Of a DNA stretch of 64,000 bases, positions 49,774 to 60,157 are shown piece after piece; the stretch's first letter is position 1, and each line of letters begins with the position of its first letter. Source of the DNA: Candidatus Saccharimonadales bacterium (GTDB lineage: Bacteria > Patescibacteriota > Saccharimonadia > Saccharimonadales > 2-12-FULL-41-12); the NCBI GenBank assembly GCA_025451045.1, contig JANWLD010000001.1, positions 273,965 to 337,964 on the forward strand, given 5' to 3'. The notes beneath the pieces were generated by a model. The model made no database searches and was not told where the DNA came from. It worked only from the letters and a program-made list of their open reading frames with translations. The position numbers and the translations under genes were made by a program.

Positions 49774-51545
49774 GTTTCCAAAAACCCACCACTTTGATGC
49801 TTCCAAAGTTCCGCGTAAACGCCTTTTTTGGCTAATAACTCTTTGTGGTTGCCTTCTTCGACGATTTTACCTTCTTCTAGCACGATTATCCGGTCCATTC
49901 GCTGGATGGTGCTCAACCGATGGGCGATAACTATAGTCGTCTTGTCTTTCATCAGTTTCCAGAGCGCATCCTGAATCAACTTTTCCGATTCACTGTCTAG
50001 GGCACTGGTCGCTTCATCGAGTAACAGAATTGGTGCGTTCTTAAGCATGGCTCGCGCGATTGCTATCCGCTGTTTCTGACCGCCTGATAGTTTGGTGCCA
50101 CGTTCACCGACCAAGGTTTCATAGCCTTTCGGCAACTTATTAATAAACTCCGAAGCGTTTGACAGTTCTGCCGCTTTTATAACTTCTTCATCGGTAGCAT
50201 CAAGCTTGCCGTAACGGATGTTATCGGCCAGACCACGATGGAACAATAAAGGCTCCTGGGGTACGTAAGCTATATTTTTACGCAGATTTTCCTGAGTCGT
50301 CTTTGCTATATCCTGCCCATCAATTAAGATTTTTCCATTATCTAAATCATACAAGCGAAGCAACAAACAACTAATCGTAGTTTTACCACCGCCGGAATGC
50401 CCGACCAGGCCGATTTTTTGACCGCCGGCTATCTTAAAACTAAGATTATTGAACAGTTCATTTTGTCTCTGATTTTCATGGGTAAAAGATATGTCGCTAA
50501 ATTCTATTGAGCCTTTATTAACATGCAACATTGTTGGATTCTTGACATTTTTTATTTCAGGTTCGTCTTGCAGGATTATAGTCATATCATGGGCATCGCC
50601 AAAACCGCGAGTTAAAGTGCGCATTGTTTCTTGCATTTCCCAAAGTCTGCGTAGCAGGCCTGATGTATAAGTTACGATTAAAAGCATGGTACCAAGTTCG
50701 GCGTCGTATACCACCACAGTTATAATAGCGAACAGGATTGCCATAAAATACAGCGTTCCGCTAAACAGATTTGAAACCATCTCATTGGTAGTAATAATGT
50801 TTCTAAGTCCGAGGCTTTTGTTTAAAACGTCATGAGTCTTTTTTTCAAATAATCTATCTTCGAGTTTTTCATTGGCAAAAGGCTTGATGGTCTGCACGTT
50901 GGTTATGGCGTCGGCCAATTGGGCTGTCTGGGTTGATTCGGTTGACGCGTGGCGTACATTATAAGGCTGGGCAATCCGGGCTCGCCAGAAGAGCACCACG
51001 ATATAAATAGAACTGATTATTACAAAAACCAGCACAAATTGCGGTGCTCTGGGTAGCAGAATCACGATAGTTGCGATATAAGCGGTAATTATAGTAACGA
51101 TACTGAACAAAGTTTCATCTAGGATTCTCTCAAAAGCACTTACGAATTTATTAGTTTGGCTAACTAGTGAGCCGCCGAAATTATTAGTATGAAAACTATG
51201 GGTCTGGTGGGTCAAAAAATTAAAACAGCGCTGGCTTAGTTCCTTCATTATCTTGGCTTCCATCGTCCAAAATATAAAAATGCCGCTTCGCCAAAGAATT
51301 AATTCCGACACGAGCAGCCCCGCTAATATTGCCAAAAGCATACCGAAATCATCAATTACCGACAAAGTACTAATATCATTCTGAGAAAGTTTATCCAAGG
51401 CAAGCGCGGCTATAAGCGGTTGTAAAAATTGTCCGACAACCACGCCGCCCATTACCAAAAATACGGCAATAAACCATGTAACCTTTCGTCTGCGAAGGTG
51501 CTGCCAATATAAAGCTATAGTTTGTTTGGTTATACTATTATCCAC
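49770..51545 (-). CDS. ABC exporter (fused TMD-NBD, MsbA/multidrug type)
   Basis: Six TMs; GHSGGGKT, YVPQE, LSGGQKQR, LDEATSALD and IAHRLST motifs; AGGAGG SD before GTG. Confidence 0.95.
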   Translation of the reverse strand: MDNSITKQTIALYWQHLRRRKVTWFIAVFLVMGGVVVGQFLQPLIAALALDKLSQNDISTLSVIDDFGMLLAILAGLLVSELILWRSGIFIFWTMEAKIMKELSQRCFNFLTHQTHSFHTNNFGGSLVSQTNKFVSAFERILDETLFSIVTIITAYIATIVILLPRAPQFVLVFVIISSIYIVVLFWRARIAQPYNVRHASTESTQTAQLADAITNVQTIKPFANEKLEDRLFEKKTHDVLNKSLGLRNIITTNEMVSNLFSGTLYFMAILFAIITVVVYDAELGTMLLIVTYTSGLLRRLWEMQETMRTLTRGFGDAHDMTIILQDEPEIKNVKNPTMLHVNKGSIEFSDISFTHENQRQNELFNNLSFKIAGGQKIGLVGHSGGGKTTISCLLLRLYDLDNGKILIDGQDIAKTTQENLRKNIAYVPQEPLLFHRGLADNIRYGKLDATDEEVIKAAELSNASEFINKLPKGYETLVGERGTKLSGGQKQRIAIARAMLKNAPILLLDEATSALDSESEKLIQDALWKLMKDKTTIVIAHRLSTIQRMDRIIVLEEGKIVEEGNHKELLAKKGVYAELWKHQSGGFLET

Positions 51546-51598
51546 TGACTCCTCCTAAAAGCCGTATGTGCTTTGATTATAGATTAATATTTTGTTTT

Positions 51599-51661
51599 CT
51601 AAAGAGAGGCGGAAAAGACCGCTTCATTTAAAAACGTATTTCGTGGCAATTTATTCCACAT
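51599..51661 (-). CDS. Putative leader peptide (uORF) of the ABC exporter
   Basis: MWNKLPRNTFLNEAVFSASL*, lying between TGgTATAAT and the exporter start. Confidence 0.4.
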   Translation of the reverse strand: MWNKLPRNTFLNEAVFSASL

Positions 51662-51764
51662 AGTTGATATCCGGCCCTTTCCTTTAATTTATTAGATTGG
51701 TATACATTATACCACTTATGTCAAATAATACGAAAAATAACAGGGGTGTGCTAAAATAAAATCA

Positions 51765-52646
51765 ATGAACAAGGTGATTTTGTTTTATAAATTCGTGCCG
51801 CTTGCCGACCCGAAAATAACTATGCTCTGGCAGAAAGAACTCTGCGACAAACTAGGGCTGAAAGGCCGGATTATAGTCAGTCCGCACGGTATCAATGCTA
51901 CCCTTGGCGGCGATATTGAAAACTTGCGCAAGTACAAGCGTGCCATGAATACTTCCGGAACTTTCCGCGGCATCATGTACAAGTGGAGCGACGGAAATGG
52001 ACGGGAATTTCCAAGGCTTAGCGTAAAAGTCCGGGATGAACTGGTTAGTTTCAAAAAACCAGATGAGGTTAAAGTTAACAAACAAGGCGTAGTCGGCGGC
52101 GGCAAACACCTGAAACCGCAGTCTTTACATAAGTTGGTAAAAGAGCGGAATGACGTTGTTTTCTTTGACGGACGAAATAACTATGAAGCAAAAGTCGGCC
52201 GGTTTAAAAATGCAGTTATCCCCGATACTAATACTACGCGTGATTTTGTAAGCGAAATCGAATCCGGAAAATATGATGGAATAAAAGACAAACCGGTAGT
52301 GACATATTGTACCGGCGGAATCCGCTGTGAAGTTCTTTCCGTGCTGATGAAAAACCGCGGTTTTAAAGAAGTTTATCAATTGGACGGCGGTATCGTGAAA
52401 TACGGTGAAAAATACGGAGATGACGGTCTTTGGGAAGGCAATCTATATATTTTTGACGACCGTATGACCCATAAGTTTTCCGACAAAGCCAAAGATATCG
52501 GCGGATGTGTACATTGCGGCGGAAAAACCAGCAATTTTGAAAACTGCGCGGATATATCCTGTAATCGCTTGGTTTTAATATGCGAGAACTGTAAACACAA
52601 GCAAAAAATCCTCTGCGAAAACCATTCGTTGGCAGAAGTAAAATGA
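51765..52646 (+). CDS. trhO: Rhodanese-domain tRNA uridine(34) hydroxylase TrhO/YceA family
   Basis: LFYKF, GRIIVS..GINAT, RNNYE..VGRF, YCTGGIRCE and QLDGGI motifs; C-terminal Cys cluster. Confidence 0.9.
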   Translation: MNKVILFYKFVPLADPKITMLWQKELCDKLGLKGRIIVSPHGINATLGGDIENLRKYKRAMNTSGTFRGIMYKWSDGNGREFPRLSVKVRDELVSFKKPDEVKVNKQGVVGGGKHLKPQSLHKLVKERNDVVFFDGRNNYEAKVGRFKNAVIPDTNTTRDFVSEIESGKYDGIKDKPVVTYCTGGIRCEVLSVLMKNRGFKEVYQLDGGIVKYGEKYGDDGLWEGNLYIFDDRMTHKFSDKAKDIGGCVHCGGKTSNFENCADISCNRLVLICENCKHKQKILCENHSLAEVK

Positions 52647-54061
52647 ACTTGGAAGAAAAGTTGAAGGAGCTGCCGAAGACTCCCGGTGTGTATTTCCATA
52701 AGGATAAGTCTGGTGAGATTATCTATGTCGGCAAGGCGGCGAATCTGCGCAACCGGGTTCGGCAATACTTTCAAAAAAGCCGGGCCTTTGACCCGAAAAC
52801 AGACGCGTTGGTAGCCGAAATAACGGATTTAGATTGGCTGGAGCTTGAGACTGAGATGGACGCCTTGTTTGTCGAAGCGGAGATGATCCGCCGCTACATG
52901 CCAAAATACAATATCCTTCTACGCGATGATAAAAGCTTTGTTTATGTTCGAATAGACTTTAATTCCGACTATCCGTCAATCAGTTTTACCCGCCGGCCGC
53001 TGGATGACGGAGCGAAATACTACGGCCCATTCCTGAGCAAATTTACTATTAACCGAGCGCTAAAATACCTGCGCAAAGTGTTTCCTTATTCTACTCACAG
53101 TCCGACGAACATGCCAAAACGTGCTTGCCTGCAGGCCCAAATCGGGCTATGCCCGGGGTTGGAAGCGGACATGACCAGCTTGTCTGATTATAAGAAAAAT
53201 CTGTCAATGCTTATCCAGTACATGACCGGCAAGCGTAAGAAACTAATCGTTGAAATAGAAAAAGGCATGAAGGCGGCGGCAAAAAACAAAGATTTTGAGC
53301 TGGCAGCAAGTCTTCGCAACAAATTATTTGCGCTCAAAAGGCTGGATAACCAAATAATCTTTGGCGACCGTGAAAACATGGATATAAGCAAAGACCGCGG
53401 CCTAGTCGAATTGGCCAGCATGTTGGACATAGAGATTCCACGGCGTATTGAGGGTTTTGATATAAGCCATCAACAGGGCACCGATACCGTTGCCAGCATG
53501 GTAGTTTTCATTGCCGGTGTGCCGGACAAAAACGAATACCGCAAATTCAAGTCGCGAATACCCGGCAATGACGACTTTGCTCATATGAAAGAAGTTATAA
53601 CCCGGCGGTTTTCCGAAACTAACATCAAAAAATGGGGCAAGCCGGATTTGATATTGATAGACGGGGGCAAAGGCCAAGTTGGCTCGGCTTTAGAAACACT
53701 TAACGCGTTAAGTATTAAGATTCCGTTAATTGGCCTAGCAAAAAGGTACGAGGAAATAATCATGCCTCAAGGCGATAAATTTGAAATTATAATCTTGAAA
53801 CCTTCCAGCGATGCGTTAAAACTGCTACAACGCATCCGCGATGAAAGCCACCGCTTTGCCATAAGTTATCACAGCACATTGAAACGCTCTCGCCAAACAG
53901 TTTCGATATTGGACTCTATTCCTGGTATCGGAAACGTCTATAAAAAGAGGCTTATCAAAAACTTTGGCAGTGCAAATGGGGTCAAAGGCGCCAGTTTTGA
54001 TGAACTTAAGGAAACTGTGGGTGAAAAACGCGCGCGGTTAATAAGGGAGTATGTGCGATGA
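52643..54061 (+). CDS. uvrC: Excinuclease ABC subunit C
   Basis: GIY-YIG PGVY..IYVGKA, PKYNILLRDDK, RIEGFDISH, DGGKGQ, RDESHRFA and HhH motifs. Confidence 0.96.
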   Translation: MNLEEKLKELPKTPGVYFHKDKSGEIIYVGKAANLRNRVRQYFQKSRAFDPKTDALVAEITDLDWLELETEMDALFVEAEMIRRYMPKYNILLRDDKSFVYVRIDFNSDYPSISFTRRPLDDGAKYYGPFLSKFTINRALKYLRKVFPYSTHSPTNMPKRACLQAQIGLCPGLEADMTSLSDYKKNLSMLIQYMTGKRKKLIVEIEKGMKAAAKNKDFELAASLRNKLFALKRLDNQIIFGDRENMDISKDRGLVELASMLDIEIPRRIEGFDISHQQGTDTVASMVVFIAGVPDKNEYRKFKSRIPGNDDFAHMKEVITRRFSETNIKKWGKPDLILIDGGKGQVGSALETLNALSIKIPLIGLAKRYEEIIMPQGDKFEIIILKPSSDALKLLQRIRDESHRFAISYHSTLKRSRQTVSILDSIPGIGNVYKKRLIKNFGSANGVKGASFDELKETVGEKRARLIREYVR

Positions 54062-54759
54062 AGATAGCAATAGGGATAATTTTATTAGTCATTCTTGTTT
54101 TGGTATTGCGTGTCGGCGAACTATACACCCAGCTGGCTCGCTACCAAAGGTACTGGGACAGGGTAAACCAAAAGCCGGTTGGCAAAGATGACTTGGTATA
54201 CGTAGCGTTCGGTGATTCGGCGGCGCAAGGAATCGGCGCTTCGAAACCGGATAAGGGTTATGTTGGCCTGATAGCCAAACAGCTGGCCGAAGACCAGCCG
54301 GTGCATGTCATAAATCTCAGTAGAAGCGGCGCTAAAATCAGCGAGGTAGTTGATGTCCAGCTACCAAAATATAGGGAGTTAAATATCAAAAACAAACAAA
54401 TCATAACCTTGGATGTCGGCGCCAATGACGTGGTGGCAGGCGAGTTGGAAAATTTTGAAAGCGACATGGACAGCCTGATGTCAAAATTGCCGAAACAGAC
54501 GATTATAGCTGACATACCGTCCTTCAAGGGCAGTCGTTATGCTCGGCTGGAAGACCGAATCATCGCGGCTAACGTCATAATGCATAGGCTTGCTAAAAAG
54601 CATGGCGTCGAACTAGCGGGCGTCTACGATAATGTTGCCGGTAGCCACAGCCCGAGGACTTTTAGCGCGGATTTTTTCCACCCTTCTGACTATGGTTATA
54701 AAATCAATTGGGCACCTGTCTTTTGGCAGAAGATAAAACAGGCTGACGGCTCATTGTGA
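54058..54759 (+). CDS. SGNH/GDSL hydrolase, membrane-anchored
   Basis: FGDS, SG, GAND and DFFHP catalytic blocks; N-terminal TM. Confidence 0.9.
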   Translation: MKIAIGIILLVILVLVLRVGELYTQLARYQRYWDRVNQKPVGKDDLVYVAFGDSAAQGIGASKPDKGYVGLIAKQLAEDQPVHVINLSRSGAKISEVVDVQLPKYRELNIKNKQIITLDVGANDVVAGELENFESDMDSLMSKLPKQTIIADIPSFKGSRYARLEDRIIAANVIMHRLAKKHGVELAGVYDNVAGSHSPRTFSADFFHPSDYGYKINWAPVFWQKIKQADGSL

Positions 54760-54777
54760 TATTATGGTTTACTGATT

Positions 54778-56022
54778 ATGCAAAAGGGATTTAGTCCGCA
54801 GTTTTTTAAAAATAACCGGCGGAATCTGCAGAAAGTTTTCGGCGGTACGGCGTCGATTATCATAGCTTCGAACGGACTAATACAACGGACGAACGGCGAT
54901 GACACTTATGATTTTCATCAGGACGGCAATTTTCTGTATCTGACCGGGATTGATGAACCAAACATGGTTCTGGTAATTGATAAAGATAAAGATTACTTAA
55001 TAGGCCCTGAGCTTAACGAGCGGTGGAAAATATTTAACGGAGATGTTGATTTAGACAGCTTTAGCCGGGTTTCCGGCGTCGATGAAACCTTGCCGTCAGA
55101 AGCCGGCTGGCAAAAACTGTCCAAAAAACTTAAGAAATCCAGACATATTGCTACTTTGGTTCCTCCAAAAGCTTTTGACGAAAGGTATCTGGTTTACAGC
55201 AATCCGGCCAAAAGGCGGTTGGTCAATATGCTAAAAAGCCATAACAAGAACCTGCAGATGATTGATGTTTCCGGCCGGTTAGCGGAGCTGAGGACGGTGA
55301 AGCAACAGCCGGAAATCAATGCGATTCAGCGGGCCATAGACGAAACGGCCGATACTTACCGGCTTATCGGCAAAAAGCTTGGCAAATATAAGAACGAGCG
55401 GGAAATTTCAGCGGAGATTGACTATATCTTCACCAAAAAAGGTTTGAAACCATCTTTCAGGCAGATTGTAGCCGGCGGCGAAAACGCCGTGACGCTTCAT
55501 TATAATAAGAATAATTCGGATATTAACCTGTCGGAAACGCTTTTGATAGATATGGGCGTAAGATTGTCCGGGTATTGCTCCGATTTGACCAGGGTCGTTA
55601 GTCTATCTCCTACGAAGCGCCAGCTTGATGTGTACAAAGCCGTTTTACAAGTCCAACAATTTGCCCTAAAGATGCTTCGCCCCGGTGTTCAACTGGCCAG
55701 CTATGAAGCCGCGATAGAACATTACATGGGTGAAAAACTGAGGGAGCTGGGTCTTATCAAGACCATAGATAACAAATCGGTCCGGAAATATTATCCGCAC
55801 AACACCTCGCATTTTCTAGGCATCGACGTGCATGACGAAGGTGACTTTACCAAAACCCTACCAGCAGGCGCGGTGCTGACGGTCGAACCGGGAATTTACA
55901 TACCCGAGGAAAATATCGGTATTCGTATAGAAGACGACGTGCTTTTAACCGAAGATGGCAACCGGGTATTATCCGCTCGCTTGTCGCGCGAACTTACCTC
56001 GCTTACAATACTAGCTAAGTAA
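54778..56022 (+). CDS. pepP: Xaa-Pro aminopeptidase
   Basis: FLYLTG, LHY, IDMG, YCSDLTR, HFLGIDVHD, TVEPGIY and GIRIEDD motifs. Confidence 0.92.
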   Translation: MQKGFSPQFFKNNRRNLQKVFGGTASIIIASNGLIQRTNGDDTYDFHQDGNFLYLTGIDEPNMVLVIDKDKDYLIGPELNERWKIFNGDVDLDSFSRVSGVDETLPSEAGWQKLSKKLKKSRHIATLVPPKAFDERYLVYSNPAKRRLVNMLKSHNKNLQMIDVSGRLAELRTVKQQPEINAIQRAIDETADTYRLIGKKLGKYKNEREISAEIDYIFTKKGLKPSFRQIVAGGENAVTLHYNKNNSDINLSETLLIDMGVRLSGYCSDLTRVVSLSPTKRQLDVYKAVLQVQQFALKMLRPGVQLASYEAAIEHYMGEKLRELGLIKTIDNKSVRKYYPHNTSHFLGIDVHDEGDFTKTLPAGAVLTVEPGIYIPEENIGIRIEDDVLLTEDGNRVLSARLSRELTSLTILAK

Positions 56023-56052
56023 ATGTTAATACAAAACCAAGGAACATAGCGG

Positions 56053-56421
56053 TTGAGCAAAAGATATAACTCCGTTTTCGGCAGATTCGTCTTTCGCTGG
56101 CTGGTGTCATCACTCGGGCTTTGGGTTGCGGCTGGCCTGCTTGGCGACAGTATCGATTACCAGAGCAGATTAGGGGTAATACTTATCGGCGGGCTGGTAC
56201 TAACACTCATAAATACCTTGGTAAAACCTATTGTAGTCCTGATTTCGTTACCGGCGCTTTTAATAACTTTGGGTCTTTTCATGATAGTCATCAACGGCCT
56301 AATGGTAATGCTGGCCAGCAAACTTTACGGCGACCTGCACGTTACTAATTTCGGCGCGGCTATGCTTGCGGGTATGGTGATTGGCTTGGTAAACTATTTG
56401 GTAGTGACTATAGTCGAGTAA
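56053..56421 (+). CDS. YvlD-like 4-TM membrane protein (phage holin superfamily IV annotation)
   Basis: INTLVKPIV..SLP..ITLGLF..VING motif. Confidence 0.85.
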   Translation: MSKRYNSVFGRFVFRWLVSSLGLWVAAGLLGDSIDYQSRLGVILIGGLVLTLINTLVKPIVVLISLPALLITLGLFMIVINGLMVMLASKLYGDLHVTNFGAAMLAGMVIGLVNYLVVTIVE

Positions 56422-56435
56422 GGATTAATATCAAT

Positions 56436-56648
56436 ATGAATATATTCGGATACATAACAATTGTTTCAATGATAATACTGACGGTACTGATATTGCTCCA
56501 GACGCGAGGCGCCGGACTAGGCGCCGGACTAGGCGGCGGCGGGGAAGTCAACACGGTGCGCCGCGGCTCGGACCGGACGATACATTACGCGACTATAATT
56601 TTGGTCATCATATTCTCGTTTTCATTGATACTTGGCGTGCTTGTCTAA
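56436..56648 (+). CDS. secG: Preprotein translocase subunit SecG
   Basis: ILLQTRGAGLGAGLGG..RRG between two TMs. Confidence 0.9.
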   Translation: MNIFGYITIVSMIILTVLILLQTRGAGLGAGLGGGGEVNTVRRGSDRTIHYATIILVIIFSFSLILGVLV

Positions 56649-56664
56649 TCCGGCCCAAATATAA

Positions 56665-58440
56665 ATGGCGAGAACAAAAAAGTTAATTAGCCTGCCAAAG
56701 CTGATAAAAAAACGACAAAAAGATATCGACGAGCTTAGCAACGCTACAGAAAACACGATTGAAAAGCATTTTTTCCGAAGGCTGGCTAACTTAACCAAGG
56801 TAAAAAGATTTGTTATCGGCTGGCTGGTACTGATGTTGCTTCTACTGTTGGTCGGCGTTCTGCAAATCGGCGTTCTGCGGCATAAATACCAGAAACTTTA
56901 TTTTGTGCCGGGCGGTACTTTTACCGAAGGTTTGGTTGGAAGTTATACCAACGCCAACCCGATATACGCTTCCGGCTCAGTGGATTCTTCAGTTTCCAGG
57001 CTTCTGTTCAGTGGGCTTTTAACTTATAATTCCGACCAAAAGCTGGTTCCGGCGCTTGCAGACAAGATAACCATTGATAAGACGGAGAAAATTTATACTG
57101 TTACGCTGAAACAAAACTTATTCTGGCAAGATGGCCAGCCGCTGACCGCCCAGGATGTTGTTTTTACTTTCAAAACTATCCAAAATCCCGATGCTAAATC
57201 ATTTCTGCTTTCCAGCTGGCAAGGAATAAAAATACAGGCCAAGGATGCTCATACGGTTGTCTTTACTCTGCCGGGTACGCTCAGTTCTTTTCCTGATTCA
57301 CTGACGACCGGTATCATTCCAAAGCATCTGCTCAAAAACGTGCCTGCGGAACAGTTGCGTTCAAACGACTTCAACACTATCAAACCGGTTGGCAGCGGGC
57401 CGTTCAGCTATGACACCGTTGAGGTCCAGACAGACAAGAACGGTGAAAAGCACGAACAAGTCGCCTTCTTGGCAAACGACAGTTATTATCGCGGAAAACC
57501 GGGTATAAAAAAATATGTCATTAATACCTTTAATGACCAAACGGAACTGTTAAAAGCCTATGATGATAAAAAAGTTAATGCGGTCTCAGGATTAGGGGAG
57601 ATTGACCAGAAGTACGCCAAAGACCAGCATAATAATATTTACTCAGTGCCGATTGCCGGCCAGACAATGGTTTTTTTCAAAAACTCTAAAAGCGTACTAG
57701 CCGACCCGAAGGTTCGCCGGGCGCTTGTCTTAGGGTCTAATCGACAGCATGTAGTTGAAGCTACCGGCCAGATATTAAAGCAAAGCAATGAGCCGCTGCT
57801 TAGTTCCCAGATAGGCTATGACAAAAGATACGTACAAAAAACTAGCGATATAAAAACTGCCAATAAACTGTTAGACAATGCTGGCTGGAAAAAGACTGTG
57901 GACGGTATACGCACCAAGAAAAAAGATCCTCTCACAATAAAATTCGTGACACTTTCAACAGATGAATATTCCCATGTGGCCCAGGAATTAAAAAAGCAAT
58001 GGGCTAGTATCGGCGTAAGGGTTGATGTTGCCCTGCTCAATGAAGAAGACCTTAAAAACGCCGTGTCAGCACGGGATTATGATGCTCTTTTGACTACGCT
58101 TTCAATCGGTGCCGATCCGGATGTGTTCGCCTTTTGGCACAGTTCTCAGGCCGATGTCCGCTCGAAATCCAGATTGAATTTTAGCGACTATAAATCACAT
58201 GCGGCCGATGCTTCATTAGAAGCGGGCCGATCACGTTCAAATCCGAAGATAAGGGCGATAAAATACCGGGATTTTATAAAGGCTTGGAACAAGGACAACC
58301 CGGCTCTGGCGCTATACCAGCCTAATTATACGCTCATCGTCCGTTCGCCTTTTTCCGGGTTTAATAGTAAGAGCTTGGTTAGTCCGGTCGAACGTTACAG
58401 CGACGTCGAGAAGTGGCTGATCCGGCAGCAGCGTGGATAA
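56665..58440 (+). CDS. Peptide ABC transporter substrate-binding protein (family 5), TM-anchored
   Basis: LLFSGL, PALA, WQDGQPLTAQDVVFT, PVGSGPF and VRRAL motifs. Confidence 0.9.
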   Translation: MARTKKLISLPKLIKKRQKDIDELSNATENTIEKHFFRRLANLTKVKRFVIGWLVLMLLLLLVGVLQIGVLRHKYQKLYFVPGGTFTEGLVGSYTNANPIYASGSVDSSVSRLLFSGLLTYNSDQKLVPALADKITIDKTEKIYTVTLKQNLFWQDGQPLTAQDVVFTFKTIQNPDAKSFLLSSWQGIKIQAKDAHTVVFTLPGTLSSFPDSLTTGIIPKHLLKNVPAEQLRSNDFNTIKPVGSGPFSYDTVEVQTDKNGEKHEQVAFLANDSYYRGKPGIKKYVINTFNDQTELLKAYDDKKVNAVSGLGEIDQKYAKDQHNNIYSVPIAGQTMVFFKNSKSVLADPKVRRALVLGSNRQHVVEATGQILKQSNEPLLSSQIGYDKRYVQKTSDIKTANKLLDNAGWKKTVDGIRTKKKDPLTIKFVTLSTDEYSHVAQELKKQWASIGVRVDVALLNEEDLKNAVSARDYDALLTTLSIGADPDVFAFWHSSQADVRSKSRLNFSDYKSHAADASLEAGRSRSNPKIRAIKYRDFIKAWNKDNPALALYQPNYTLIVRSPFSGFNSKSLVSPVERYSDVEKWLIRQQRG

Positions 58441-58517
58441 TACGCTTTAGCTTGGTGTGTTAATATAATTACTATTATTGTGTTAGGCTCAATGGGACAA
58501 AAACTACCGAAATAATA

Positions 58518-60155
58518 ATGAATAAAGTTGCTCATTATCTTCAGGAACATCTAAGCGGCGAAGTAGTTACTTCTGCTGAAGCGCTTGGTTATTTTTCGAC
58601 TGACGGCAGTATTTTTACGATTGCACCGTCTATTATCACTTATCCGCGGAACGAAAATGATGTGCGTAAGATTTCCCGCTTTATCTGGCAACTGGCGGAA
58701 AGAAACCGTTTCATCCCGCTTACGCCGAGAGGGTTAGGCTCAAACGTTACCGGCGCCGCGATAGGCGAAGGCATAATCTCGGTATTTCCGGCGCATATGA
58801 ACCGGATTTTGGAGCTTGATTCGCGTTCTGGCGATGTTAGCGTCGAACCGGGCGTTAACTTTGGTAAATTGCAGCAAACCCTTTATACCCACGGCCGGTT
58901 CCTGCCGCCTTATCCGGCTTCTCTTAACTATTCGACCATCGGCGGCGCGGTCGCCACGAATACTGGCGGAATAGAATCATTTAAGTACGGCAGTATCGGA
59001 AATTTCGTAAAGGGTCTAAGGGTAGTCCTATCCAATGGCGAAGTTATTGAAACCAAGCGCTTGTCCAAACGGGAAGCCAGCAAAAAGATGGGATTGTCTA
59101 CTTACGAGGGTGAAATTTATCGGGCAGTCGATACGCTTTTGGAAGAAAACAGCGAAACTATAGAAAAATTGAGATCCTTTTCAACCCGTACTTCAGCCGG
59201 CTACAATTTGGCAGATATTCGGCGGCCGGACAAGTCATTTGATTTGACCCCGTTGTTCATTGGTTCTCAGGGTACGCTCGGTACGATAACCCGTATATCG
59301 CTGGAGACAGAACCCTACACCCCGAACACCACAGTAATGATTGGTTATTCCAATGATTTTACTCAGGCGCACACGGCTATCGGCAAGTTGCGCGGACTGA
59401 AAATTCCGCCTAGCGCCATCGAACTTATCGACGCGAATTTGCTTGATTTTGTTGAAAAAACCAACCCAAACCAGCTTAAAGGCCTGTTGACTAAACCATT
59501 CCCAAAGATTGTCTTGCTCGTTGAATTTAATAATAATTCGGACAGAACCCGCAATAAAGCAGTCAAGAAAGCCAAGAAAGTTTTAGAAGAATCAGGCATA
59601 GATTTCAAAATTGAAACCGACGACACCTCAAAAAATGATACTTGGAAGCTTCGCGAACTGGCGTCAGCCGTGGTCGGCCATGTTGAAGGCGGCAAGCGGG
59701 CTTTGCCGATAATCGAAGACGGCATTGTCCCATTCGACCAGTTTCCAGTATTTCTAAAGGGCCTGTACGATATCTTCACCCGCAACAATTTATCTCCGGC
59801 CGTATGGGGACATGCCGGAGAAGCCAACCTACAGGCTTTTCCACAATTGGACTTGGCCCAACTTGGCGAAAGGCAAAAGTTATTTAGAATAATCGATGAA
59901 TATTACAACTTGGTGATAGCCTTGGGCGGCAGTACCAGCGCGCAGAACAACGACGGCCGCCTGCGCGCGCCGTATCTGGAAAAACTGTATGGAGAGGAAG
60001 TTTACAAACTCTTTGGGAAAGTAAAAGCGGTTTTCGACCCGTACAATGTCTTAAATCCTGGTGTTAAGCTGGGCGTTACGATGGAAGACATCAAGCCCTT
60101 GCTTAGAAATTCTTATACTTTGAATAATTTGCACGACCACCTGCCCAGGGCTTGA
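58518..60155 (+). CDS. FAD-binding oxidoreductase, GlcD/D-lactate dehydrogenase-like
   Basis: PRGLGS..G, VEPGV, STIGG, GSQGTLG, GHAG and FDPYNVLNPG motifs. Confidence 0.88.
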   Translation: MNKVAHYLQEHLSGEVVTSAEALGYFSTDGSIFTIAPSIITYPRNENDVRKISRFIWQLAERNRFIPLTPRGLGSNVTGAAIGEGIISVFPAHMNRILELDSRSGDVSVEPGVNFGKLQQTLYTHGRFLPPYPASLNYSTIGGAVATNTGGIESFKYGSIGNFVKGLRVVLSNGEVIETKRLSKREASKKMGLSTYEGEIYRAVDTLLEENSETIEKLRSFSTRTSAGYNLADIRRPDKSFDLTPLFIGSQGTLGTITRISLETEPYTPNTTVMIGYSNDFTQAHTAIGKLRGLKIPPSAIELIDANLLDFVEKTNPNQLKGLLTKPFPKIVLLVEFNNNSDRTRNKAVKKAKKVLEESGIDFKIETDDTSKNDTWKLRELASAVVGHVEGGKRALPIIEDGIVPFDQFPVFLKGLYDIFTRNNLSPAVWGHAGEANLQAFPQLDLAQLGERQKLFRIIDEYYNLVIALGGSTSAQNNDGRLRAPYLEKLYGEEVYKLFGKVKAVFDPYNVLNPGVKLGVTMEDIKPLLRNSYTLNNLHDHLPRA

Positions 60156-60157
60156 GC

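Noticed and set aside
36184..56421. Prophage suggested by baseplate-J-like and holin-like genes
   Set aside because: The two genes are about 18 kb apart among housekeeping genes, with no integrase, terminase, capsid or tail genes. The YvlD-like family is a common chromosomal membrane protein.
56508..56540. 12-bp tandem repeat GGCGCCGGACTA in secG
   Set aside because: It simply encodes the conserved GAGL-GAGL-GG loop of SecG.
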